DNA of 64,000 nt from assembly GCF_023055435.1 (NCBI RefSeq), contig NW_025964334.1:48980001-49044000 (forward strand). The letters are read 5' to 3'. Within the stretch, counting starts at the first letter, position 1. Each line of letters begins with the position of its first letter. The notes under the pieces were generated by a model. The model worked only from the letters and a program-made list of their open reading frames with translations, did no database searches and had not been told where the DNA came from. This DNA comes from Haliotis rufescens. Lineage: Eukaryota. This document shows positions 26,906 through 41,251 of the stretch, piece after piece. Position numbers and translations under genes: made by a program.

Positions 26906-29247
26906 AATGTCAACATTGCAAAAATTGCATTGTAAATGTTTCAATGTGCAGTAAAAATATCTACTACAAATGATTTCAATACAACACGATATTGAAATAC
27001 CAATGTCCAGCTGAGGAGAAACACACAAATGCAATACAACACCCTCTGTCAAGTCTACAATTTCAGCAAGTCTACATCTTTGTGGCTTCAGTACTCTTTT
27101 TGAAGGCTCCCGTCATTAAAATTAAAAATTTAAAGTCTAATTTGCATATGTAAATAAAATGCTGATATTCTTCATGATCTACCTGACACGAAACTGTCCG
27201 ATCTTCCTCAAACCTTGGCTGTTCTGCAACAAGCAGGGGATGTAGTAAGGCAGCCACACACGAGAAAATGTTCACCTGCCAAATATTCAAGTTTGACACA
27301 ATTCTGGGTCATAACATCCATGGGAACCATATTAGGGATATCTAAAACATGTTCCCTACAACTGTTCAGCACATTTTGTCTCGCGACAAGGGAAAAATAA
27401 CAGAACACTATTTTGTTCAAAATAGAATTTTGCAATAATCCCACAAATGTTTCACTGATTTTGTCCAACCAAGCCTCAGAATGCCACTTAACCCAACCAG
27501 TCTGCTTGATAAAATTTTAGGTATAAATAAATAAATAGTGGCCTGAGAAAAATAAAAACAAAATTAGTAAAATCGGTCAATTCTTAATTTGTCAATCCTT
27601 AATTTGTTGAAATTTTTTAACACAAATTAAAATTGTATTACATTTTGCAAATTTATCAAAAATTTAAATCATGACTTGTTTAAGTGCTGATGACATTTTG
27701 ATGACATGATCATGGAGAAATTATTATTATTATGATGACCGATCTTCTCCATGTGGATATACATGTATGTCTACAGCTATTAATAAAACAATAAGGTTGG
27801 GGACAAGTGTAAGGAGATACAGGATTGTTGTCCGCTATTAATAAAATAATAGATGTATAGGTTCACGGATAACCATCCATTGGCGTGCAGGGACCGTTGA
27901 AGGCATTGTTCTCATCTCGTGAGAACATTTAATTGTCCGGACAGAAATCACATGCAGTTTGTAATAGATCTATTCACTGATGATTGGCGAGGAGTAACAA
28001 CGAGGTGGGGACTACCTACATATCACCACCGCCTGTACTCACCGTTATATAGATCGTATTGTTTGTACTGTTTGTAGTTCTAGATTGTGTGGTAGCTCAG
28101 TGCACACAGCTGTAGCCACAAGCGGTAAACTTGACTTAACTGATTTCCGACACCATTGTTTTGGCTGGCATAACAATACGTAATACATATTTTTCTATAA
28201 TTCGCCTTCTCATGGGGGGACGGAGTTGGTGGAAGGGATAAATGGTGTTGCGTGGTGAAACGATGGAGGGTAAGTTGTTACTGTATGTATGACAGGCTGG
28301 AGGATAAAGTTTATAATTAGGTTGTGTGTCCATTCACTGTTATCATGCTGCATTAACTGGTGATTTATAGCTGTCTGTGGCTTGAAAAGACTGACAGAAT
28401 TATGTTAGGAATAAGACTGTCATGGAGTGCCTATGGATGGTTGAGGAGTTTGAAAGAAAAATTCTTCTTTTTGTGATTTTATTGTATATTTGTAAGGGGA
28501 TTTGTTGAGTTATTGTTCCCAGATTGAACAACGGGGTCATTGTTGGCGATATTTATGGACAATCTGTCATAAATGCATCTCATTCTATCGTTGTTACAGG
28601 CATTCTTGTATCCGAGCCCCTTTTTGGAATAACCACTGTGTCGGTGGTGAATTGTCACATTCTATTAAGTGATATGTCAAATTTTGTACCTTAGGTATGT
28701 ATTTAAAATTATTTAAAGCATGGAGTATATAATTTAAATACACATCCCCACTTTGTTTGCCTTTTTTCACCTTACGGGTTCAGGTGGAGACTTATATACA
28801 CAATATGTATATCATCTTGTATTGATTGAGCAAAGTCCACTCTGAAGGAAATGACTACCAAAACTAAGTGTATGGGAATATTTATAGATATTTTATAGAC
28901 AGCTTTTGAAATGGAAATGAAAGTATAGGGGTACTTGTCTTAAAGGAGGACGAGGCTCAGGTCATTAGGTAGTCACAGCAAGGTTGTTTCAAGTCATTCA
29001 ATGCCTACATTGTGTGTAAGTTATATTTCATACCCCTGTATCCGACTAGTTATAATGAGTGCCCTTGTTCTCCAGAGACAAATGCAGGGCTCAGACATAA
29101 GTTCCAATAAGACCTGATACGTTCATACGCTTTAGTGTCGACATTACAGTTATGGATAGAAATCTTGGAAAAAAATTCTATAGCTTTTTAAAAAAACTAC
29201 TCACAGTCAGGGAGTGGTTTAAGTCTATATCAACACTGATGAGTCAT

Positions 29248-30750
29248 CATAATATGGCCCTAAACAAGTGAAGTAGATTTGATAATATGGCCCTAAACAA
29301 GTGAAGTAGATTTGATAATATGGCCCTAAACAAGTGTAGTAGATTTGATAATATGGCCCTAAACAAGTGAAGTAGATTTGATAATATGGCCCTAAACAAG
29401 TGTGGTAGATTTGATAATATGGCCCTAAACAAGTGTGGTAGATTTGATAATATGGCCCTAAACAAGTGTAGTAGATTTGATAATATGGCCCTAAACAAGT
29501 GTAGTAGATTTGATAATATGGCCCTAAACAAGTGTAGTAGATTTGATAATATGGCCCTAAACTGGTGTAGTTGATCTGATAATACAGTCCTAAATAAGTG
29601 TGGTATAATTGATAATATGGCCCAAAACAAGTGTGGTAGATTTGATGATATCACCCTAAACAAGTGAAGGAGATTTGATGATATCACCCTAAACAAGTGT
29701 GGTAGATTTGATGATATCACCCTAAACAAGTGTGGTAGATTTGATGATATCACCCTAAACAAGTGAAGTAGATTTGATGATGTCACCCTTAACAAGCGTG
29801 GTAGATTTGATAATATTGCCCTTAACAAGTGAAGTAGATTTGATGATATCACCCTAAACAAGTGTGATGGATTTGATAATATCACCCTAAACAAGTGTGG
29901 TAGATTTGATGATATCACCCTAAATGAAAGGGTAGATTTGATAATATCACCCTAAACAAGTGTGGTAGATTTGATGATATCACCCTAAACAAGTGTGGTA
30001 GATTTGATGATATTGCACTAAACATGTGAAGTAGATTTGATGATATCACCCTAAACAAGTGTGGTAGATTTGATGATATTGCCCTAAACAAGTGTGGTAG
30101 ATTTGATGATATTGCCCTAAACAAGTGTGGTAGATTTGATAATATCACCCTAAACAAGTGTGGTAGATTTGATGATGTCACCCTAAACAAGTGAAGTAGA
30201 TTAGATGATATTGCCTAAACAAGTGTGGTAGATTTGATGATATCACCCTAAACAAGTGTGGTAGATTTGATGATATCACCCTAAACAAGTGTGGTAGATT
30301 GGATGATATCACCCTAAACAAGTGAAGTAGATTTGATGATATCACCCTAAACAAGTGTGATGGATTTGATGATATCACCCTAAACAAGTGTGGTAGATTT
30401 GATGATATCACCCTAAACAAGTGTGGTAGATTTGATGATATTGCCCTAAACAAGTGAAGTAGATTTGATGATATCACCCTAAACAAGTGTGGTAGATTTG
30501 ATGATATTGCCCTAAACAAGTGAAGTAGATTAGATGATATTGCCTAAACAAGTGTGGTAGATTTGATGATATCACCCTAAACAAGTGTGATGGATTTGAT
30601 AATATCACCCTAAACAAGTGTGGTAGATTTGATGATATCACCCTGAACAAGTGTGGTAGATTTGATAATATCACCCTAAATAAGTGTGGTAGATTTGATG
30701 ATATCACCCTAAACAAGTGTGTTAGATTTGATGATATCACCCTAAACAAA
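29248..30750. repeat. Satellite, 33-bp unit, ~45 copies
   Basis: Unit gat(g/a)atatcaccctaaacaagtgtggtagattt; source of the RVISSNLPHLF ORFs. Confidence 0.95.
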
Positions 30751-31556
30751 TGTTGCAAAGTTGTCGATACAGACCTGAGCATCACTCTTGGTTGGTATAT
30801 AAATACATTTTAAATAATTTATTTTCTCACTTCAGCTGAAGAACATGGTAAACATAGTAAAAATGATTCACGAGTGTTAAAAAAAGTGAGATTGTTTGTA
30901 CAGGTATATTGTATTCCTTCTCATCAGCGCTAGACGGATTAGAGCCGAAGTTGGTTTGAAAGAATAAAAAATCTTTCAAGATAGATAACCTTGTGAACAA
31001 TAGTTAATGGACACAGAAAGATCTCCGTCAGCAACTGCTGTACTGGTTTATGTAATGGTAGACAATTATTACAGATCAATTTCAACATCACAGAAAAAAT
31101 AAGAATTCCATGGCTCTTTTACAGCCAGTTGTTTATTGGGCTTATCAAAACGCAACAGTATCGGGTGGCATGATAAGAATATGATAATACGATTAGAAAT
31201 AGGATAGTTTCATTTACTGTGTGATAACAGAGATCCTAACGATATGGAACTGTCTGAGAGTAGTGTGACAATGGGCTCACGGTACCACTGTAGATGTAAT
31301 GCGAGACTTGCATTTACCATTCTTTCTGGTGTTATGTAAATGGAGTACAAAAAAATATAATTTGAGAAAAACAAGAAAAAAAATTTTTCCTCAAGGTTTT
31401 GCCTTGTTTTGGTTATTATAGATATACATCTCAAATCTAACAGTGGCATCTCATTGTCATTTCTATTGTAAAAAAAACAATCTTACCACTGACAGTATAT
31501 AAAAAACCTTGTCACTCTTCTTGATTTTAAAGGTTGTCTGATCCTTAAACCAAGGA

Positions 31557-31932
31557 GGTGAGGTGAGGTGAGGTGAGGTGAGGTGAGGTGAGGTGAAATG
31601 GGGTTTAACGTCGCGTCCAAGATTATTGCACTTATATAGCAACGTGCATGTACGTGTGCGTAGGGCTGCTTGTACTAGTTCGGACTGATGCCGATTTATA
31701 GTGCTATCACACTGAGATACCATGCCGCAGTTTAACATGAATACCCCACTCAGACACAGTATACTGACTCCGAGCCGACCAGTCCTTGTTTTAGCCCTTT
31801 AATGCCGAGCGCCAGACAGGGTAACAACAAGTACCATCTTTTAACGTCTTTTGGTATGACACGGCCGGGGATCGAACCCCAGACCTTCCGCTCTCTGGGC
31901 GGACGCTCTACCACTAGACCACGGAGGCGGTT
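31557..31932 (-). mobile_element. SINE family B (tRNA head plus Meta-like domain), full length
   Basis: Minus strand has A box tggtctagtgg, B box ggttcgatccc, (ACCTC)n tail; 12-bp TSD ttaaaccaagga at 31545-31556 and 31933-31944. Confidence 0.92.
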
Positions 31933-33261
31933 TTAAACCAAGGAAATGAAATAAGGCCTTAAACTGACAAGCTTAAATCATGTATTTATCATGCATGTAT
32001 GATGCATATATGATGCATGTATTGTTTTCATGTTGTGAAATCTTGCATGAACAGGACTTTAACCAAAGGGAACTTGATATAAGATGGAGATAAAATCATT
32101 TCAAACATGGTGTTTTGCTCCAGTGGTTTAACTTTTCCCTCCCATCCCACTGTGCCCCTGTTCTTGATGGTTGCTGTTGGGCTGAAAAGTCCTGACGTGA
32201 CATAAAATTAAAGATGTTCAACGTATACAGGCAAGTTGTTAGTCATGAAAATGTCTTGACTTCCATAACTGTTTTAAAACATTACCTTAACTTTGATATT
32301 TGCCATTTCTTGAGGTCTTTAACCTTTAACCACTTTCAACAATTTATAGTATGGTACCGACAGACAATAATGAACATTTGATGCTAAAATCTTTTTGTTG
32401 AGAGCTCTAGTTTCTTTTCAGTTTCCTTGTTAGTGATCCCCATGTTTAAACGACTGTCACCCTGTATAATATATTCATGGGCTAGAGACTAGTCGTCAGA
32501 TTTGCTTCGTGTGACAAACACTAGATTAGCTATTGTTATCTCTCTCCTTGTCCTGTCTTCCGTCCCCGTCCCGTGTCGTCCTCTTCTTGGTCCTCTACAT
32601 ATTTCTATCACCCCTTTCATCTCGAGACGGGTGGAATTCTCCCCGATCCCCCCTCAGAAATACAGACCAGCCCCACAGCTCGAGAACAATACCTTTATTT
32701 TTTCACTTGGCTAAGCAGAGTCAAGCTTGTATAAGAACAGAATACATTGTATACCCGAGTTTTTGTGTAGTTTTAACAAAAGTTCACAGTAGGACTGCTA
32801 GAACAAATGTTATTATTTTCGTCATGGCTGTAAATCTCGACCAGTGGCCAACTATGCGGAACATATTTGATATAATTTTAGACTGACAATTTTAGTCTGA
32901 ATGGATAAGTGCTTTTTCCTCATTTTTTGTAGACATGAAATAATTTGAGTATTGTGGAAACCGGTCCATATTGCATAGTCATTCTGTGGAGAAAGCTGGA
33001 GTTCATATCACATGGCTGGAGATATGGGAGTATGGAGACCCATGTGTTACATCTAGCGGAGTGACACATGCAAAGAAGTGGTGCTTACTTGTTTGGTTTA
33101 ATTGCTGTTTAAGGTAAATAGAGGTAGGTAGGAAAACATCAGTAGTCATAGTAACAATTGAATAGTTATTAAATTTGTTTATCAAGTTTGTGAAAAGTTG
33201 ACAGAACTATTTATTTATGAATGTTTATCGAGGGAGATGAGCTGATGTAATGCAATGAAAC

Positions 33262-33585
33262 AATGATGATGATGATGATGACGACGACAACGACGACGAC
33301 GACGAAGAAGATGATGTATATTGTATTGACGTTGATGACGATAATTGTATTGGTGATGACGAAGACGATGTATATTGTATTGACGGTGGTGAATATGATT
33401 GTATTGACCATGATAAAGACGATTGCATTGAAGATGATGAAGATTGTGATGATGCAGATGGTGGTCGTTATTGTTTTATAAGGATGTTGCATTGTTGTGA
33501 TGATGATAACGGTTGATGAAGATGCTGCTGCTGATGATGATGATATGGTTGATGGTGATGATATTTTTGTTACTGCTGCTGGTAT
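33262..33585. repeat. (GAT/GAC)n-rich low complexity
   Basis: Imperfect trinucleotide runs. Confidence 0.9.
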
Positions 33586-35184
33586 TTAATTATAAATCTG
33601 TGATATATGATTGAGTGAGTAAAGATATTTAAGGCAGTGTTTCAGCCATGTCGTGACAAGCAATGTCAGTCATATTCCATTCCTTACTTCCATCACATAC
33701 ATCGCATTGATATCACTGCGTGTGAATGAACAAACAAACTATTGTTTGACAAGGCTGATGAATAAATGAATTTCTTAGCGAAAACAAATAAGATAAATGT
33801 AAGAAAAATATTTTGTCAGACAGCCTAATTTCATGACAATAAATCTTCAGAGGTCAAAAGTCATCGAAAGAGTCAAACAAATGTTCCGCATCAGAATGAT
33901 AAAAGTAACATTGTAACGCAATATCAGTTATAGTGCTCGTGTATATCTCTATCTGATGGGTTTTATTCATCAGTTGATAACATGCAGGATCTTCCCACTC
34001 ATACACCAGATAAGGTTTAATGTACTAACAGAGGGGGCAGATAAAAACCAATAATGACCAGACATTCTGAGAATGGTTCTCAGAACGGTTCCACATGGCT
34101 CCAAGACAAAACGCATAACTCCTACCCAGCCAATCAAATGACAGCAATAAGTGCTCTCTGTGGAAACCGAATCACCAGATATCATATATAGGTGCTCCAC
34201 TGAAAAGATTACAGTGCATAAAGAAGGTTTGGTTACCAAGTGGAAGGATACATGTCCTGGAAATGGGAACTTGTACATTTGGAGAAATATATAGCGTGTA
34301 CTTTGACAGTAATGTCTCTCTCCAGTTGTCATGCCTACACTTTGTGTTGAAGTATTGTGAATCCGGAAACACATGGTCGAGAATATGGGGGTGGTTAAAA
34401 TGCGTTTAATGTCAGTGGGGCTGTCATTGATAAAAAGTAGTTCCATATCTCAGACGGACATATTTAGCCAAGACGCACATGTTGTTTGTGTTATATCTTT
34501 CTTTTCTTTCATTCAGTAGTAGAACACTTGCCTGTGTGTTTGGGTGAGATTTGTATTTTTTGTTGGATAGGATTAGTGATACGGTGTTGAAAAGTGTTGA
34601 GAATTAAGTTTATATTAGTGATTTTTAATTATTCGGGTGATACAAAATTGTGCACCTTATCAATCTTGTGATAATTTCTTTTATATATTTCACATATATC
34701 TCTCAAAACGAACAAAAAATCTCTTCCTGATATTAATAAAGGTCACTTCAAATGACACTTTTTCACACATGCCTGTCTCCTTATTGAGTTTTCATGCTAT
34801 CATTGTTGAAGTGATTGTTTAATTCTTTCAATGGCTTTCAGTTCAACATGTTAAGCATGTCAGTTACTTTGGCGCTTAGATATCCATGCTCAAATGTTTT
34901 TGTGTGATTTATGAAAACATAATTCAATTCTTCATGTCCTGATTTTCATCTGAACCTGTTTGGCATGACAATGGCCTCGGTGGAAACATGCCGTGGTTGG
35001 TTTCATCCAAGATTAAGGCCACAAGTCCTGACTGAAATATGTTTATGAATCTTAATTTCCCGACACACTTTAATAAAATGGTAATAATTTCAGTTATTCA
35101 ATCTGCTCCATATCATAGCATTGATGATTTCGACAGAATGAATCTAAGAAAAAATGGCTAAATGGTATCTTATACTGATATCAA

Positions 35185-36056
35185 ATAGATCATAGATGTA
35201 GTTGTGTTAATGGCTGTTGTTATTCATAGATCATGGGTGTAGTTGTGTTAATGGCTGTTATTCATAGATCATAGACGTTGTGTTAATGGCTGTTATTCAT
35301 AGATCATGGGTGTAGTTGTGTTAATGGCCGTTATTCATAGATCATGGGTGTAGTTGTGTTAATAGCTGTTATTCACAGATCATGGGGGTAGCTGTGTTAA
35401 TGGCTGTTGTTCATAGATCATGAGTGTAGTTGTGTTTATTGCCGTTATTGTTATTCATAGATCATGGGTGAAGTTGTGTTAATGGCTGTTGTTATTCATA
35501 GATCAAGGGTGTATTTGTGTTAATGGCAGTTATTCATAGATCATGGGTGTAGTTGTGTTAATGGCTGTTATTCATAGATCATGAGTGTAGTTGTGTTTAT
35601 TGCCGTTATTGTTATTCATAGATCATGGGTGAAGTTGTGTTAATGGCTGTTGTTATTCACAGATCATGGGTGTAGTTGTGTTAATGGCTGTTATTCATAG
35701 ATCATGGGTGTAGTTGTGTTAATGGCTGTTATTCACAGATCATGGGGGTAGCTGTGTTAATGGCTGTTGTTATTCATAGATCATGGGTGAAGTTGTGTTA
35801 ATGGCTGTTATTCATAGATCATAGACGTTGTGTTAATGGCTGTTATTGTTATTCATAGATCATGGGTGTAGTTGTGTTAATGGCCGTTATTGTTATTCAT
35901 AGATCATGGGTGAAGTTGTGTTAATGGCTGTTATTGTTATTCATAGATCATGGGTGTAGTTGTGTTAATGGCCGTTATTCATAGATCATGGGTGTAGTTG
36001 TGTTAATGGCTGTTATTCACAGATCATAGGGTTAGCTGTGTTAATGGCTGTTGTTG
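35185..36056. repeat. Minisatellite, ~36-44-bp unit
   Basis: ttcatagatcatgggtgtagttgtgttaatggctgtta with variable tt(g/a) triplets. Confidence 0.95.
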
Positions 36057-36779
36057 GACAACATCTCCAAACAGTCAATGATGATCAGTTCTCACCTGGA
36101 GCCCCAAAATAACCCTACCAAACATGGAGCAGTATATGAACACATGCTCAGTGAACAACAAGCATTGATTTCTCTCAGCATTGTATGCAAATAAGGATAC
36201 AACTCTCGGATATAGAACCAATTTGCTTTGTTGTTTTTTCGGTCTATTCTTACCAACATTGATAGGTTACCACAGCTGGGAATTGTCTGAAAGTATCAGT
36301 TCGGTCATGTCACAACAGCTGTTACTATGACTTCTGGGATAAATATAGGGGAATATGACAAAAAGAATAAATTTAGGATATTTGGATATTCTTTTATGAA
36401 CAAAATTTTGGATTTGGCGAGAATATTCATTTTGGTTTTTATTTTTTATTTGATGCATTAAATCTTCAGTTCTCTAAATTGTTGTTACTGTTATAGACCA
36501 GGCATAACAAAATTTGGACGTTATTTTGTGGATAACAAATAAACCACTCCTATTTTTATCCGAAAGGAAAATAATAAATCATTTTTGCATTATTATTTTC
36601 CTGCTGACATCACCAAAATTTATTATGTTGTGATTAGTAATTTAATCTATTTTCATGTTGGATTTGGGATAGATTGGGGCCATTGTATTGGTATAGGTAG
36701 GATCAATCATCCATTGAATTAGTGAGTGGAACATCATTTGGGTTAATACAGCATTGGTTTATATCAGGGCTACTCAGGG

Positions 36780-37190
36780 TTGATAGGGTGTGGAATGGAA
36801 GTAGATTAGGTGGTAAGGATTGGGTGTAGATTTGGTGGGGGGTGGGCGCAGGTAGTTTAGGGGAAGACTAGGGTTAGATTTAATGTGTGGGGGCTGATTG
36901 GGGGAAGAATTGGGTGGGGGTGGATTAGGGATGGATGAGGGGGTATAGATTGAGGGATGTATAGAGTGGTAGATTTGGGGGGGGGGGAGGGTGGAATGGG
37001 GGTATATTTCTTGGTAGAAGGGAAGGGGTAGACTGGAGGGTAGGTTGGAGGGTAGATTGTTTGGGACAAGGGGTAAGGGGGATGAAAATTTGTGGTAGAA
37101 TGGGGGTGGTGGAGATTGTGAGGCAGATTGGAGGATTTTTGGGGGACAATTGGGCGCAATTTCAGGAATAAATTAGAGGATAGATTGGAC
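36780..37190. repeat. G-rich low-complexity tract
   Basis: Many GGG(G) runs with recurrent tagatt. Confidence 0.8.
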
Positions 37191-37277
37191 TCATATTAGA
37201 CACAAAACATATGCAAGTGAGTGTTACTTCCATACATTGCTAATGACACTGCCTATGTATGGAGTCAGTCAGCTCAA

Positions 37278-37504
37278 TTTGTTTGTTTGTTGTTTAACAC
37301 CGCACTCAGCAATATTTTCCCATCATATGACAGCGGTCTGTAAATAATCAATTCTGGACCAGACAATCCAGTGATTGATATTATGAACATCGACCCCGCA
37401 ATTAGGATGCGATGACATGCATCAACCAAGTCAGCAAGCCTGACCACCTAATCCCGTTAGTCGCCTCTTACAACAAGCATAGTCGCCTCTTACGACAAAC
37501 ATGG
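37278..37504 (-). mobile_element. SINE-like family C, 5'-truncated
   Basis: (TTTG)n tail, ctggaccagacaatccagtgattga, duplicated agtcgcctcttac(a/g)acaa hairpin module. Confidence 0.9.
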
Positions 37505-37813
37505 TCGTAGTTACTTGTGACATATTTGAGTTGGGTAACCTGCACAGTGTTTTCATGTTGTAACAGTTTCTTAGATAAGGATACAATGGCATTAAATGGG
37601 TTAAAATCAGTGTTCTATAGTATAGTTTGACCTGAATAGATACAAAATAAAATTAAGGTTATACCTCACCGAATGACTTGATGAAAGTAATTTTCTAGGT
37701 CAGTTGTTCATTGTGGTGTTATATATGTTGATCGTTGACAAACTTATACAGTTTTACGTGACCTACCTACAGGTAATTTTAGGTTGAATACTGGGTTCTA
37801 TGACCTCTTTTTG

Positions 37814-37831
37814 GTAGTAGTAGTGGTAGTG

Positions 37832-37874
<43 letters not shown>

Positions 37875-37875
37875 C
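37814..37875. repeat. (GTA)n microsatellite
   Basis: Direct observation. Confidence 0.95.
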
Positions 37876-38926
37876 TGCTGTTAAGGCTTGCCTCACTTCC
37901 CAAACTGATTAACTTTGTCAGGAAGAAAAAAATTATTATGCGCTATGTTTTCTTTTATTTCTGTAAAATTCTTGGTCAACAAATCTGTAAACCAGGTAAT
38001 TAAAAATAACATAACTATTAATGAAATAATGTTTTTATGTTGTAGATTCAAAACAAAATGGGTTAATATGACTTAAGGCTTCTTCAAACTTGATTTGGAC
38101 TTGACAGTTTAAAGAGAAGGGAGTAGTTTGGCCACATCGGAGTCAGTGTGGCGTGCATTGTATAGCGGTGCCCCCTTCCCCCCTATCTGAACCCCCCCCC
38201 CCCCCCCCCCCTCTCGCTGCCCTGTGCCCCAAGTTCAGTTCAGCCTTTGTCAAATTTACCTCACAATTGGATACATATGTATTCTGGTGTAATTGATGTA
38301 TGGGGACTATTTGCTTGTCTCAGACATTTGCAAACATGATGGTAGTGATTTGCACTGAAACTGTTTGATATACAGTATCAATACTAGCTAGCTGTTTGAA
38401 AACATTGTTGATTTTACCAAACATGGAGGGTAGGAGTAAGTGATTTAAACCTGTCCGTCATCTTTGGTCATTCTCCTTGGTTTTATCATTGTTTAAAGAG
38501 AACAAAAGTCGTATTGTTTAAGTGACAGGTTTATGGGTTTGCTGATAAAGTGAACGATATTATGTCGATAATATTGCTACCGACACAAGCATGGAGGGCT
38601 GAGAGTGTTATTCAAACAACAGGTGTTTCAGCGTACAATCGGTTTTATGCATGTTTTTTTTAGAATTGAATGAATTTTTTCGGGAATATTTTTTTAACAG
38701 TGACGTGAAATGAGATAATCTTTAGTGTAAATCTTTTTGTAATATTCTTTATTCAGTATGAAATTATGATTATTATGATTATTTGAACTCAGTTGCAATT
38801 GTAATTATATTCAGCTTCATGTGTTTATTTCTCAATGTTTTCATGTTTAGGAATATTTTACAAGGATGAGAGGGTACATCGACATAATGATGACAGGTAT
38901 TTGTATTTGTGTGAGTTCTATGACGG

Positions 38927-39304
38927 TACCATATTCGACATAATAAGCGTCCAGGGCGCTCTCAAAATTAGAAGTAGGGGGCTCTTATTAGAATATAATT
39001 GTGGTGAGAAAAAAAAAACAGGGTTGAAAGGTGTAAATTTTGTTGTTTATGCTGACTGCCTGAAATGATATAAAAGAAGAATCTGTGCGTATTATACACG
39101 ATAGATATATTTTCGAGAATATAATTGCATATAATTAAGGGCACATATAACACACGAGTGCGTATTATACACGAATAAATAAGTCTTGTGTACATTGATC
39201 AATCGGAAAGGGTGCTAATTTGGATTGTTCACTAGACAATATATTTGCAAATATCGCCATGGTCGCTTATTAGAGCGGGGGCGCTTAATATGTCGAATAT
39301 GGTA
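38927..39304. mobile_element. pogo/Tigger-like MITE, intact
   Basis: TA-ccatattcgacataataagcg ... cgcttaatatgtcgaatatgg-TA. Confidence 0.92.
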
Positions 39305-40040
39305 TTTGAAATTGAAAATTTAAAAGTAAAGAAAAGTCTGTCTATATTAGCTTTTACTTTATTCAACAGTACACAACCCCCAGTAGTAAGTGTCCTGAAC
39401 AAAAAATGAGCATTCATTTGTTTGAAGTCTTTGATAGGCATTTAGGAGTTGGAGGAGCAGGAATACAGACACTTTTTATGGACAAAACTTCTTTTGTTCT
39501 TTGTCACAAAGTTTCAGAGCTACTTCTTGCTCCTTCAGGTGAATAAAAGAAGTTCTATCCTTAAAAAGTGTCATGTTTTACCATTCATTTTTATTGACAA
39601 CACATGCAGTTTTCTTTCCCACTTTCAGTTTTTATCTTTTTTATATCGTAATGAAGTATTCTGAACTTCGGTAAGTGAAGCACCCTTTGAAATTCATGCT
39701 AGTCCACTAGCCTGAGACTAATGAATTACAGGTAAAAATCCAAAGATAGTTCTCATGGACTTGTAGTATTTGAGGGCTGTGAGTCTGATTGATTTCAATG
39801 CCTTAATTTTGATACAAATTGGTACTGAATAAATCTGACAGAAAATGTAAACATCGTAAACATCGTAAACATTTTGTCCCAATCAAGCAGGACGAGCTGC
39901 AAACACTGAGGACTTGGGAATTATAGTTTCCACTAGTGCTCTGGAGTAGTCTTGAAGAAAGTGAATTTCTCTCGGCTGTGAAGTGGGTATTTGATCCTCC
40001 CCCCATTTAAAACCGTTGCACCCTGGGCAGGCACTTATAG

Positions 40041-40397
40041 CAGGGATGTGTTAAGGATTCTAAACTCAGTGCCCCTGGCAGGCAAATTGGGGAAAAAATA
40101 GTTATTTTGTTCAAAAATGGGATTTTATTTAAATTTTTATTGATAAAATTCGGAAGTATTTTAGCTTTGTATTTTGAGATTACATTCAATGCAATACTAT
40201 AAAACTATACATAAAAACCTCATCCAATCTATTGGTCCTGTTATCAGTTAGGTACAGGCTACCTCTACAAAGCTATACAATTGACTTGATTAGCATGAAT
40301 TGGGAATTTTTGTATTCCAATTTGGTAATTTTTAATGACATTTGCTGCAGACTTGGGGCTGAATATTAGGCTCTGAGCAGGTCCAGAAAAATCCCTG
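40041..40397. mobile_element. Non-autonomous DNA element (cagggat...atccctg)
   Basis: Short TIR; a second diverged copy lies at ~40679-40888; no clear TSD. Confidence 0.6.
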
Positions 40398-40888
40398 TAG
40401 ATGTCTTTCTCTGTATTCTGTATTGTGTGCAATATCATATCTTTTGCTCCGATTTGATACCCCTCTGCTTTAAGAACTGACAAAGCTTCCATGTTGGGTC
40501 CAGGGTATTTATCCTGATAGAATGGAGATATTATACCCTAGATCATCGAGGATGAGTTGAGATATACTTAGATACATTTCCTATACTGTGATTACCATAG
40601 TTCCTGAGGTAATCTCTCTGTTCCCTGTATCGTTACATCAACATTGCCCATGGGGATTCCAAGCTAGAATACTCCAGCCAGAGATTTATCTAGGATTCTG
40701 AACTAAGTGCCTTTGGCAGGCAAATTTGGAAAACGATTGTGACGTAATTCAAAATTTGACTTACTTAATGGTCTTATTTGTGTGAATTATGAGGTATTGG
40801 GATTTTTTTATTCAAATTGTTTATTGACTGTCATTTCGGCAGACTTGGGGCCGAATATCACCCTCTGAGCTGATCTACATAAATCCCA

Positions 40889-41085
40889 ATGTTGGTTGTA
40901 AGAGGTGACCAAATTGATCAGGTGGTCAGGCTCAGTGACTTGGTTGATAGTGTGCTGTTATAACTCGACAGCATGGATGGTTGCTAATAATATCAATCGC
41001 TGTACTGTATGGTCCAGACTTGGTTACCTACAGGCCACCATCATATAGCTAGAATATTGCTGGGTGTGGCGTTAAACAACAATCT
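40889..41085 (+). mobile_element. SINE-like family C, old truncated copy
   Basis: gtaagaggtgacc..ggtggtcaggctc..ggtccagact..gaatattgctgggtgtggcgttaaacaac. Confidence 0.85.
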
Positions 41086-41251
41086 CATTCAAATCAGTGA
41101 CCTGTAATGCGATGTCCTCAAATTTTTGTTTAGCGATAGTGAGAACTAAGATCTGGTATTAAATGAGACCACTTTAAACAAGAAAAAAACCAAACTATAT
41201 CAACATCAGTGTCTCACCTGCATTTTACTAAGTCATAAAATGAATTATTAA

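Noticed and set aside
29247-30785. LRR-like RVISSNLPHLF ORFs
   Set aside because: 33-bp satellite with frameshifting indels; the opposite strand is also partly open.
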